A DNA stretch of 32,000 nt from positions 480,001 through 512,000 of the forward strand of contig JAWLBH010000001.1 of the NCBI GenBank assembly GCA_041395025.1, given 5' to 3'. Below the pieces are notes generated by a model that was given only the letters and a program-made list of their open reading frames with translations, was not told where the DNA came from and made no database searches. This DNA comes from Chlamydiales bacterium (GTDB lineage Bacteria; Chlamydiota; Chlamydiia; Chlamydiales; JAAKFR01). This document shows, piece by piece, positions 9,364 to 16,860 of this stretch (positions are counted from its first letter, which is position 1; each line of letters opens with the position of its first letter). The position numbers were made by a program, and so were the translations under genes.

Positions 9364-10505
9364 TTTGTACGATTAAATCTAATGAGACCCATGAAGATCC
9401 TTTTGTATTTTCACACTATTTGATCAGTCAAGGTATCGATAATGAATGCCAAAAAATTTCTGATACTACCTACTGTATTTGGGTCTACGAAGAAGATCAA
9501 ATCGAAAAAGCCCAGGCTCTTTATCAAGCTTATCACACTCAGCCTGATGATCCTCGTTACAAAATGATCGTTACAGATCAAAAAAAGAAAAGACATAGTG
9601 AAACAAAGCTTAATGTCTCTTCTCCTAGGCGACACTTACTCTCACCCGCCCCCTATGGGCGTGTATCTATTTTGATTTTGCTAACTATTATTCTCCTCTT
9701 TGTTTGGACTCAAATTGAAAAAGGCACCCCAATCTCTCCAAAAATTCCAGGTATTATCCAAGCTCCTATCCTTGCTCCAATTGAGCAACAACTCGTCTAC
9801 GATTATCCTCCTTATTTTTTAGAAAGAGATCGGCTACTTTCTCTCTATTCTCCTGAGGAGATCGCAAACAAGCAAGTCCCCTCGATTGAAGCACGTCAAA
9901 TAATTCAAAAACTACGTCATTCAACAGCATGGATGGGAATTTATGAGCGCATTGTGACGCATATTCTTCATCCAAAAGAGAAATTATCTTCTGCAGTTGC
10001 AATGTTTGTAAAAATTTCTCAAGGAGAAATTTGGCGGATTATTTCGCCCATTTTTCTTCATTTTGATCTTCTCCATATTTTCTTCAATGCTCTTTGGTTT
10101 ATTTTACTGGGTAACCAAATTGAACAACGTTTGGGTGGATGGCGATATCTTCTCTTTATTGCCTTGACAGGAGGTCTATCTAATACCAGTCAATACTTAA
10201 TGAGTGGTCCTTTCTTTATGGGACTTTCAGGAGTCATCTGTGGGATGGCTGCATTTATTTGGGCAAGACAAACAGTAGCACCATGGGAAGGATATCTTCT
10301 TCATCGATTTACTCTGATTTTTCTAGCCATTTTTGTCTTGGCCATGTTTTTTCTTCAAATCACCTTCTTTTTTGTAGAAATTCTTGGAAAATTTGAATTT
10401 TCAATCGGCATCGCAAATACAGCTCATCTCACAGGAGCTCTCACTGGTTACTTGCTTGGACGTCTCTCCCTTTTTTCACATAGTAGAAATAAACGACCTA
10501 AGTAA
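9354..10505 (+). CDS. glpG: Rhomboid family intramembrane serine protease (GlpG-like)
   Basis: 383 aa. The cytoplasmic N-domain resembles the GlpG N-terminus (FSHYLISQGI...IWVYEEDQIEKAQALY...PDDPRY). Multi-TM core has WRIISPIFLHFDLLHIFFN, catalytic GLSGVICG and HLTGALTGYLLG (Ser/His dyad). Overlaps the upstream gene by 10 nt. Confidence 0.88.
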   Translation: MRLICTIKSNETHEDPFVFSHYLISQGIDNECQKISDTTYCIWVYEEDQIEKAQALYQAYHTQPDDPRYKMIVTDQKKKRHSETKLNVSSPRRHLLSPAPYGRVSILILLTIILLFVWTQIEKGTPISPKIPGIIQAPILAPIEQQLVYDYPPYFLERDRLLSLYSPEEIANKQVPSIEARQIIQKLRHSTAWMGIYERIVTHILHPKEKLSSAVAMFVKISQGEIWRIISPIFLHFDLLHIFFNALWFILLGNQIEQRLGGWRYLLFIALTGGLSNTSQYLMSGPFFMGLSGVICGMAAFIWARQTVAPWEGYLLHRFTLIFLAIFVLAMFFLQITFFFVEILGKFEFSIGIANTAHLTGALTGYLLGRLSLFSHSRNKRPK

Positions 10506-10532
10506 GCTACTCATCTGAAAAAGAATCAAGAA

Positions 10533-10558
10533 AAGATTGAACACAACTGTTTAATCTT
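10533..10558 (+). terminator. Possible hairpin downstream of the rhomboid gene
   Basis: aagattgaaca-caac-tgtttaatctt forms an 11-bp stem (one G-U pair) with a 4-nt loop, 28 nt after the stop. There is no downstream U-tract on the plus strand, so it is weak as an intrinsic terminator. Confidence 0.2.
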
Positions 10559-10647
10559 AAACTAGATTTAAATAGGCTGGTCAGGGTATAAATTTTATTA
10601 AAAACATAAGAATCATTCTTAAAAATGCAGATAATAAACTATTTTAA

Positions 10648-11031
10648 ATGAGCTCTTTGACATCTCCGCTTTCCCCTTCAACTAGACCTACAATGGAGAG
10701 TACAAATGCTGTTAATAGCGCTCTCGATAGAACAAAGAAATATGAATTAGGAAAAGCCATTACAATGGCTGTCATTCCCTTACTCTTTCTACTGTCATTA
10801 TTATTCTTAGCAGTCAGTCAAGGAGGGTATATGCATCCTATTTCAGGGTTGATTCCTTTTCCTTTTATGTTGATTCCTTATCTAGGGTTTAAAATTCTCA
10901 ATTATCGCATCAATAAAATTCTTCAAAAGAGTGATATCACTCCAGAAGATTATCAAGCATATCTTGAAGACAAGCGAAAGGCAAGCGAAGTAAAACCTCC
11001 ATTAAATCCCAAAGTGCATGAAAAGAACTAA
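10648..11031 (+). CDS. Small hypothetical membrane protein with bilobed hydrophobic domain (Inc-like candidate)
   Basis: 127 aa. S/T/P-rich N-terminus, then AITMAVIPLLFLLSLLFLAV, loop SQGGYMHPISG, then LIPFPFMLIPYLGFKIL (nt ~10756-10896), and a charged C-terminal tail. Confidence 0.55.
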   Translation: MSSLTSPLSPSTRPTMESTNAVNSALDRTKKYELGKAITMAVIPLLFLLSLLFLAVSQGGYMHPISGLIPFPFMLIPYLGFKILNYRINKILQKSDITPEDYQAYLEDKRKASEVKPPLNPKVHEKN

Positions 11032-11075
11032 ACAATTTTTGTATTCTATAAAACGAATCAAGTATTCTTAACTGT

Positions 11076-12002
11076 ATGAGTGTAAGAGATCTTATCATTC
11101 TAGGTTCATCAAGCCAACAACCCACTCGAAAGAGAAACCATGTTGCTTCTCTTTTTCGTTGGAATGGAGAAGGGTTGCTTTTTGATCCCGGAGAAGGAAC
11201 CCAACGCCAGTTTATTTTTGCTAACATCACCCCTACATGTGTCACTCGAATCTTTGTCAGCCATTTTCACGGAGACCACTGTTTAGGACTTGGTTCGATG
11301 TTAATGCGTTTGAATCTTGATAAAGTATCACACCCTATCCATTGCTATTATCCTGCTTCTGGGAAAAAATACTTTGATCGCTTGCGATATGGAACTATTT
11401 ATCATGAAATCATTCGTGTAATTGAGCATCCTGTTTCTGAAGAAGGTTTGGTTGAAGATGACGGAGTCTTTCGTATTGAAGCTGTTTTTCTGGATCATGG
11501 TATAGAAAATATTGGTTGGCGAATTACTGAAGCAAATCAAAGGAAATTTATACGAGAAAAACTGAAATTATTTTCTATCGAAGGCCCTCTCGTTAAAGAA
11601 TTGGAAAAAAAACAGATTCTCAACATTCACGGAAATAGAGTAAGCATTGATGATGTAAGCTATATTCGTAAAGGAGAGAGTATTGCTGTGGTTAGTGATA
11701 CCCGTCCTTGTTCCGGTGCAATCGACATTTCACGAGAAGCTCTTCTTCTTCTTTGTGAGAGCACCTATCTTGAAATACATCGTCACCTTGCTGAAAAATA
11801 CTATCATCTCACAGCAAAACAGGCAGCGATGATCGCCAAAGAGGCCAAAGTCAAACAACTCATCTTAACCCATTTTTCCGCTCGCTATCTCAATAGCCAA
11901 TGGTTTGAAAAGGAGGCAAAGGAGATCTTTTCTAATGTCACGGCAGCTGAAGATATGGATGTCTTTTCGCTCTCTCGCAATGATCATGGATTGACAAAAT
12001 GA
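11076..12002 (+). CDS. rnz: Ribonuclease Z (tRNA 3' endonuclease, metallo-beta-lactamase fold)
   Basis: 308 aa. [11 protein letters not shown]...[10 protein letters not shown], the HxHxDH motif [11 protein letters not shown], and C-terminal ILTHFSARY. Confidence 0.88.
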   Translation: MSVRDLIILGSSSQQPTRKRNHVASLFRWNGEGLLFDPGEGTQRQFIFANITPTCVTRIFVSHFHGDHCLGLGSMLMRLNLDKVSHPIHCYYPASGKKYFDRLRYGTIYHEIIRVIEHPVSEEGLVEDDGVFRIEAVFLDHGIENIGWRITEANQRKFIREKLKLFSIEGPLVKELEKKQILNIHGNRVSIDDVSYIRKGESIAVVSDTRPCSGAIDISREALLLLCESTYLEIHRHLAEKYYHLTAKQAAMIAKEAKVKQLILTHFSARYLNSQWFEKEAKEIFSNVTAAEDMDVFSLSRNDHGLTK

Positions 12003-12056
12003 CCTGCTTTTATCAACCTACATTACAATCTATCGAACAAAGAACTCGGGGAATCG

Positions 12057-13031
12057 ATGATTGAAATAGCCTACCGTTTTTTACATTATTTACGAACTAT
12101 GAAAAATGCTTCCGAACACACCGTTCGCAATTATGCAATTGACTTGAATTCTTTAAAAAATTTTCTTGAAAGAGATCTTCTTCCTGAAAAACGTTCTCAA
12201 AAGATTGATTTTAATCGTAATGAATATGAAAGAAATGCCCAAAATGAGCCTCTTTTATCTATAGAAAAAATTGATCGAAATACCTTGCGCTACTTTTTAG
12301 CCAGTTTAAATGAGAAGAAAATAGGGAGAGCAACTCTTGTACGTCGCCTTTCTTCTTTACGGACTTTTTTTAAATTTTGTGTCCAACAAAAGTATCTTAC
12401 GATCAGTCCGGCTGAGCATCTTGAAAGCCCTAAAATGCAAAAACGCCTCCCTTTTTCTCTCTCTTATAGTCAAATTCAACACCTTTTTGAACAACCCGAT
12501 ATAAACTCTTATTTAGGATTTCGTGACCGCTCTATTATGGAACTCTTTTACAGCTCAGGTTTGCGTGTCAGTGAACTGGTATCACTTAACCATCATCAAT
12601 TTGATCCTGTATCACTTCTTCTTCGAATCAAAGGAAAAGGGAAGAAAGAAAGGATTATGCCTATCACAAAAAATGCAGCTGATTGGATAGTGTCATACCT
12701 TGAACATCCAGAACGTCATAAAAATATAGATGGTCATCTTGCTCAAATTGACTCTGAAGCGATTTTTCTTAATCGTTTTGGAACGCGTCTCAGTAGCCGC
12801 TCTGTAGAGAGGAATTTTGATAAATATTTAAAAACTAGTGGATTAGAAAAAAAAATTACTCCCCATACTATTCGCCACACTATTGCAACACATTGGCTAG
12901 AAAATGGCATGGATTTAAAAACGATTCAACTCCTCCTTGGTCATGCATCTCTTGCAACTACAACAATTTATACTCATGTTTCGCCTAAACTTAAAAAAGA
13001 AGTCTACGATAAGACTCATCCTCGTGCTTAA
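12057..13031 (+). CDS. xerC: Tyrosine site-specific recombinase, XerC/XerD family
   Basis: 324 aa. N-terminal SAM-like domain (FLHYLRTMKNASEHTVRNYAIDL). Catalytic region has GLRVSELVSL, HTIRHTIATHWLENGMDLKTIQLLLGHASLATTTIYTHV (R..H..R..H/W..Y). The xerC-versus-xerD choice rests only on my memory of Chlamydia gene order (rnz-xerC-ABC-F). Confidence 0.85.
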   Translation: MIEIAYRFLHYLRTMKNASEHTVRNYAIDLNSLKNFLERDLLPEKRSQKIDFNRNEYERNAQNEPLLSIEKIDRNTLRYFLASLNEKKIGRATLVRRLSSLRTFFKFCVQQKYLTISPAEHLESPKMQKRLPFSLSYSQIQHLFEQPDINSYLGFRDRSIMELFYSSGLRVSELVSLNHHQFDPVSLLLRIKGKGKKERIMPITKNAADWIVSYLEHPERHKNIDGHLAQIDSEAIFLNRFGTRLSSRSVERNFDKYLKTSGLEKKITPHTIRHTIATHWLENGMDLKTIQLLLGHASLATTTIYTHVSPKLKKEVYDKTHPRA

Positions 13032-13074
13032 GGCTTACTTGTTTCCTATCCTTTGATTTGGTACTCTTTTTGCT

Positions 13075-14652
13075 ATGAGCATTCATCTCGATAATATTTC
13101 AAAGAGTTTTGGACATCGGGTCCTTTTTAATCATGTCTCTGTCACTTTTCAACCAGGCAATCGTTATGGGTTAACAGGACCAAATGGTGCGGGCAAATCT
13201 ACACTTCTTCAAATTATTATGGGTGAAATTGAGCCTACAGATGGTGTGGTTAATCTTCCTGAAAAAGTAGGCATATTAAAACAAAATATTGAAGATTTTC
13301 GAAATACGATGGTTCTTGATGTTGTGATTATGGGTAATCTTCGTCTGTGGCAAGCTATGAAAGAGCGCGATCAACTTTACGAAGAAGAAATCACAGATGC
13401 CATTGGAATGCGATTGGGTGAATTAGAGGAGATTATTGCGGATGAAGAGGGCTATATGGCTGAACCAAATGGTGAAGAGCTCCTAACAGGGATTGGAGTT
13501 CCTCCTGAACTGCATCGGTTAATGATGCATGCGATTCCGAGTGATATGCAGTTTCGTGCTCTTCTATGTCAAGCTCTTTTTGGAAATCCACAAGCTTTGC
13601 TACTCGATGAACCCACCAATCATCTTGACCTTGATTCTATTGGTTGGTTGGAAAATTTTTTTCATCACTATACAGGAACTCTAATTGTAATTAGCCACGA
13701 TCGACATTTTCTTAATGCAGTCACGACACATATTGCAGATATTGATTACGAAACGCTCATTGTCTATCCAGGTAACTACGATCAAATGTTACTTACTAAA
13801 ACTTCAATAAGGGAGAAAAGTGAATTTGAAAATCGCTCAAAAGAAAAAAAAGTTGCAAAATTAAGGGAATTTGTAGCCCGTTTCTCAGCAGGAACTCGTG
13901 CTTCGCAAGTACAATCACGATTACGTGAAATTGAACGATTACAACCTCAAGAGCTAAAAAAATCGAATATCCAGCGTCCTTATATCCGTTTTATTCCTTC
14001 AGAAAAGCTTCCTGGAAAAATCATTTGTAAAATTGAAAAAATTGCTAAAAGTTATGATGATCTACAGGTAATCAAAAATTTCTCTCTTGAAATCCATCAA
14101 GGTGACAAAATTGGAGTCATTGGAAACAATGGAAGGGGAAAGACCACATTAATTAAAATGATTGCAGAGATCTTAAAACCTGATCAAGGAAAGATTGAAT
14201 TTGGCCATCAAGTACTCAAAAGCTATTTTCCTCAAAACCACTCAGATCTAGTTTCTCACGACAGCCACCATACTGCCTTCGAATGGCTCAGTGAAAAAAA
14301 ACATGGACTGTACAATCAAGATATTCGTGGAGCACTCGGTAAAATGTTATTTAGTGGGGATGAGGCTTTTAAAAAAGTTGCGACTCTTTCTGGTGGAGAG
14401 AGGGCTCGCCTAATCCTCGCAGGGATGATGCTCGAAGAACACAATTTTATTATTTTAGATGAACCTAATAGCCATCTTGATTTAGAAGCCGTCTCTGCTC
14501 TTAGTTGGGGACTGGCAGAATATAAAGGAACAGCGATTGTAGTGAGTCATGATAGAGAACTCATTAGCCATTTTGCGACTAAAATTATTGCATTTGAAGC
14601 AAATGAGATTTGTTACTTCGATGGCAACTTAGATCAATATCTAGCGAGATAA
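13075..14652 (+). CDS. ABC-F family ATPase (tandem ABC domains, no transmembrane domain)
   Basis: 525 aa. Two Walker A motifs (GPNGAGKST, GNNGRGKTT). Second signature LSGGERARL. Walker B motifs LLLDEPTNHLD and ILDEPNSHLD. Inter-domain linker typical of ABC-F proteins. Confidence 0.9.
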   Translation: MSIHLDNISKSFGHRVLFNHVSVTFQPGNRYGLTGPNGAGKSTLLQIIMGEIEPTDGVVNLPEKVGILKQNIEDFRNTMVLDVVIMGNLRLWQAMKERDQLYEEEITDAIGMRLGELEEIIADEEGYMAEPNGEELLTGIGVPPELHRLMMHAIPSDMQFRALLCQALFGNPQALLLDEPTNHLDLDSIGWLENFFHHYTGTLIVISHDRHFLNAVTTHIADIDYETLIVYPGNYDQMLLTKTSIREKSEFENRSKEKKVAKLREFVARFSAGTRASQVQSRLREIERLQPQELKKSNIQRPYIRFIPSEKLPGKIICKIEKIAKSYDDLQVIKNFSLEIHQGDKIGVIGNNGRGKTTLIKMIAEILKPDQGKIEFGHQVLKSYFPQNHSDLVSHDSHHTAFEWLSEKKHGLYNQDIRGALGKMLFSGDEAFKKVATLSGGERARLILAGMMLEEHNFIILDEPNSHLDLEAVSALSWGLAEYKGTAIVVSHDRELISHFATKIIAFEANEICYFDGNLDQYLAR

Positions 14653-14654
14653 TT

Positions 14655-15236
14655 GTGAATTCCAAAGAAAAAAAAAATCTAATTGCGTTCCATATTAGAA
14701 AAATCATCGACATTCTGGGATTGGATACCAACGATCCTTCGATAGATCAGACACCCAACCGTGTTGCAAAAATGTATGTGGACGAAGTGTTTAGCGGATT
14801 AGATCCAGCCAACTACCCTAAAATGTCCTTTCATCAAGGACAGAGCAACAGTAAAATGGTTTTAATAAAAAATATTTCCTTAATTAGCTTTTGTGAACAT
14901 CACCTAGTGCCGATGATTGGGATAGGACATATTTCATATCTTCCTAAAATGGGAGTGCTTGGTCTTTCCAGTCTCCATCGAATCGTTCGTTTTTATGCAA
15001 AACAACCACAGTTACAAGAAAGGCTTACTTTACAAATTAGTCAAAAACTCCAAGAAGAATTACAAACAGAGGATGTAGCTGTTGTCATTCAAATGAAACA
15101 CCTATGTGTCCTAGCTAGAGGGATTGAAGATCATATGAGCGAAGTCGAAACCCATATCCTGCAAGGCTGTTTTGAGTCTAATCCTGCAATTCGAGATACA
15201 TTTTTGCTAAGCATTAAGCAAGAGTCTAAAATCTAA
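14655..15236 (+). CDS. folE: GTP cyclohydrolase I (FolE type I)
   Basis: TPNRVAKMY, zinc-binding FCEHHLVP, and YAKQPQLQERLT are canonical FolE motifs. The track starts at TTG 14610, inside the ABC-F gene. GTG 14655, 2 nt after the ABC-F stop, gives a 193-aa protein collinear with about 190-aa bacterial FolE. Confidence 0.88.
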   Translation: MNSKEKKNLIAFHIRKIIDILGLDTNDPSIDQTPNRVAKMYVDEVFSGLDPANYPKMSFHQGQSNSKMVLIKNISLISFCEHHLVPMIGIGHISYLPKMGVLGLSSLHRIVRFYAKQPQLQERLTLQISQKLQEELQTEDVAVVIQMKHLCVLARGIEDHMSEVETHILQGCFESNPAIRDTFLLSIKQESKI

Positions 15237-15273
15237 AAGTGATGCAATACTTTTTTCTTTTCTAAAAACTAAA

Positions 15274-15640
15274 AAACTTGGGAGAGTATGTAAGCCGGAT
15301 TCTGTCTTCTTTATGAGATAAAGAATAGCAATCATTCTTCTAGGAACTTTGTCACCAAAGCCCTCAAGCGACTGATAAAAAGGACTTTTGCGCGGAGAAC
15401 GCATCCTTTTATGTCTTGCTTTGGATAGGGTTTACATCATCTTGAGTTACCTCAAGCATGCTCGACTCTACAAATCGAGATTTTCAGCCTTCCCAAATAC
15501 ATTGGCGGTATGTTTTCTGTTGCACTTTCCGTAGCTTCACAGCCCCCAGTCTTTCACTGGTATCCTCTCCTAAAAAGTCCGGACTTTCCTCTCCTCTTAC
15601 TTAATGAATAAGAGCAGCGATTGCCTTCCTCTCCCAAGTA
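15274..15640 (-). ncRNA. rnpB: RNase P RNA, bacterial type A
   Basis: Minus strand contains universal P4 elements GAGGAAAGTCCGGAC (near 15575-15590) and ACAGAATCCGGCTTA (near 15290-15305), plus AGTGCAACAGAAAACATACCGCC (compare E. coli CCAGUGCAACAGAGAGCAAACCGCC). 5' CTTGGGAGAG (15638-15629) pairs with 3' CTCTCCCAAG (15286-15277) to form P1. Ends are approximate within a few nt. Confidence 0.93.
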
Positions 15641-15663
15641 AACATAATAAAAAAAAACTATTC

Positions 15664-16434
15664 TTATGTATTCGCCACTGTTCTACGTCGACGACGACGT
15701 GATGATGTGAGCTCTTCTGTTTCTGTTTCACCTTCCTGCCAATAAAGAATTCTCGAACAATGCTCGCAAAAAACAATTCTCTCTCCTTTTCTGACAAGAT
15801 TTTCGTGTTGAGGAGTCAATAGAATATGACAGCCACTACATGTACGATTCTCGATTGGGACAATCACTCGATCCCATTTATTTTTTAAAAGACGTTCATA
15901 GATCTCAAAAAGTTCAGAAGGAATAGTTTTTTTCATAGCTCTACTCTTCTCTAAAATCGCACGTCCTTCTTGGTTAATTTTATCAATACCCTCATGAATT
16001 TCTTTCTCGATCATCTTACTATTATCTTGAGTTGTTTGAAGATTTTCCATCAGAGCAATCAAAAGATCCTCCTCAACAGCTAGTTTGTCCATTAAGTCAC
16101 TTAATCGATATTCAATTGCACTTTTCTCCCGCCCAGCAGATGTCATCTCCTGAGTAAGAGCATTAAATTCATCCATTTTTTTCACTGCAGCTTGTTGAGA
16201 TTCTAATTTAGTGACCCTACTTTGTATTTCTTTAATTTGGGTTTCTCCCATACGGATGTCTTTCTTAAGATTGGTAATCTCTACTTCTTTATTATTGACT
16301 TGTTTCTGAATATCACTCTTTAGTTCATGAATTTTATTCAACTCTTTTTGTCTTTCTTTTTTGACACGCATGAGGCGAATCATATTAATGTCAAGTTCTT
16401 GAATATTAAGAATAGTCTGAAATGACTCGTCCAT
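15664..16434 (-). CDS. Coiled-coil / C4 zinc-ribbon protein, COG1579 family (HP0958/FlgZ- and CT398/CdsZ-like)
   Basis: 256 aa. Long heptad-rich helical N-terminal two-thirds, then the zinc ribbon CSGCHILLTPQ...VFCEHCSRILY, and a C-terminal tail SSRRRRRRTVANT. Confidence 0.8.
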   Translation of the reverse strand: MDESFQTILNIQELDINMIRLMRVKKERQKELNKIHELKSDIQKQVNNKEVEITNLKKDIRMGETQIKEIQSRVTKLESQQAAVKKMDEFNALTQEMTSAGREKSAIEYRLSDLMDKLAVEEDLLIALMENLQTTQDNSKMIEKEIHEGIDKINQEGRAILEKSRAMKKTIPSELFEIYERLLKNKWDRVIVPIENRTCSGCHILLTPQHENLVRKGERIVFCEHCSRILYWQEGETETEELTSSRRRRRRTVANT

Positions 16435-16559
16435 TATGAATTCCTGAAATTAAGAAGTTAAGGCAGGATTTTAGTGATTATTCACAAAAATATCAATAAA
16501 AAAAACACGATACATTTGATAAATTTAAATTTAATATTTATATCTACAATCAGGATATA

Positions 16560-16844
16560 ATGGAAAGAAAGCAAACTATAACCCGAGTATTCATTCAATT
16601 TGGACAAGATGTCTCTAAAGAACTCTATTTGAGGGGGGAAGGTATTCCTGATTTGAGTTGGGAAAAAGGAATCAAAATCAAACATATCAGTCCTCATGAA
16701 TGGGTTTTTGAGACAAATACAATTTTCTCCTCAGGTTTATTCAAAGTGCTGATCAATGATGAAATCTATGAGCTTGGTGAGAATCATCCTATCTATCCAG
16801 GGGCTTCTATTCGTATTAATCCTAAATTCCCTAAAACGCATTGA
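16560..16844 (+). CDS. Small hypothetical protein; possible beta-sandwich carbohydrate-binding-module-like fold
   Basis: 94-aa ORF with ATG preceded by AGGA. The pattern ELYLRGEGIPDLSWEKGIKIKHISPHEWVFE...FKVLINDEIYELGENH is reminiscent of CBM20/48-type starch/glycogen-binding modules. That resemblance is my pattern recognition only. Confidence 0.45.
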   Translation: MERKQTITRVFIQFGQDVSKELYLRGEGIPDLSWEKGIKIKHISPHEWVFETNTIFSSGLFKVLINDEIYELGENHPIYPGASIRINPKFPKTH

Positions 16845-16860
16845 CTTTTTGCTCTTTGGG

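Noticed and set aside
843-9635. Short ORFs embedded in or antisense to large genes: 843-1088, 2812-3054, 2945-3190, 3422-3733, 3454-3723, 4675-4860, 4945-5205, 4988-5233, 6358-6585, 6880-7167, 7474-7656, 8370-8573, 8518-8748, 8646-8933, 9013-9282, 9411-9635
   Set aside because: Each is wholly contained within, or antisense to, a confidently identified conserved gene. Their translations are low-complexity or unnatural, with no start context. They are typical shadow ORFs.
14610-14654. TTG-initiated extension of folE, 43 nt into the ABC-F gene
   Set aside because: The extension (MLLRWQLRSISSEI) has no counterpart in FolE proteins. GTG 14655 gives a length collinear with ~190-aa FolE.
15207-15797. 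ORF-track entries 15207-15404 (-) 65 aa and 15597-15797 (-) 66 aa
   Set aside because: Both lie across the RNase P RNA gene, and the second also crosses the 3' end of the zinc-ribbon gene. They show no protein-like features and are explained by rnpB.
16756-16860. N-terminal extension of the glyA ORF back to 16756, overlapping the 94-aa ORF
   Set aside because: SHMT homology begins around MKNLLERYL (ATG 16879, or 16861). The upstream part (MMKSMSLVRIILSIQG...) is an out-of-frame read-through of the preceding gene's 3' end.
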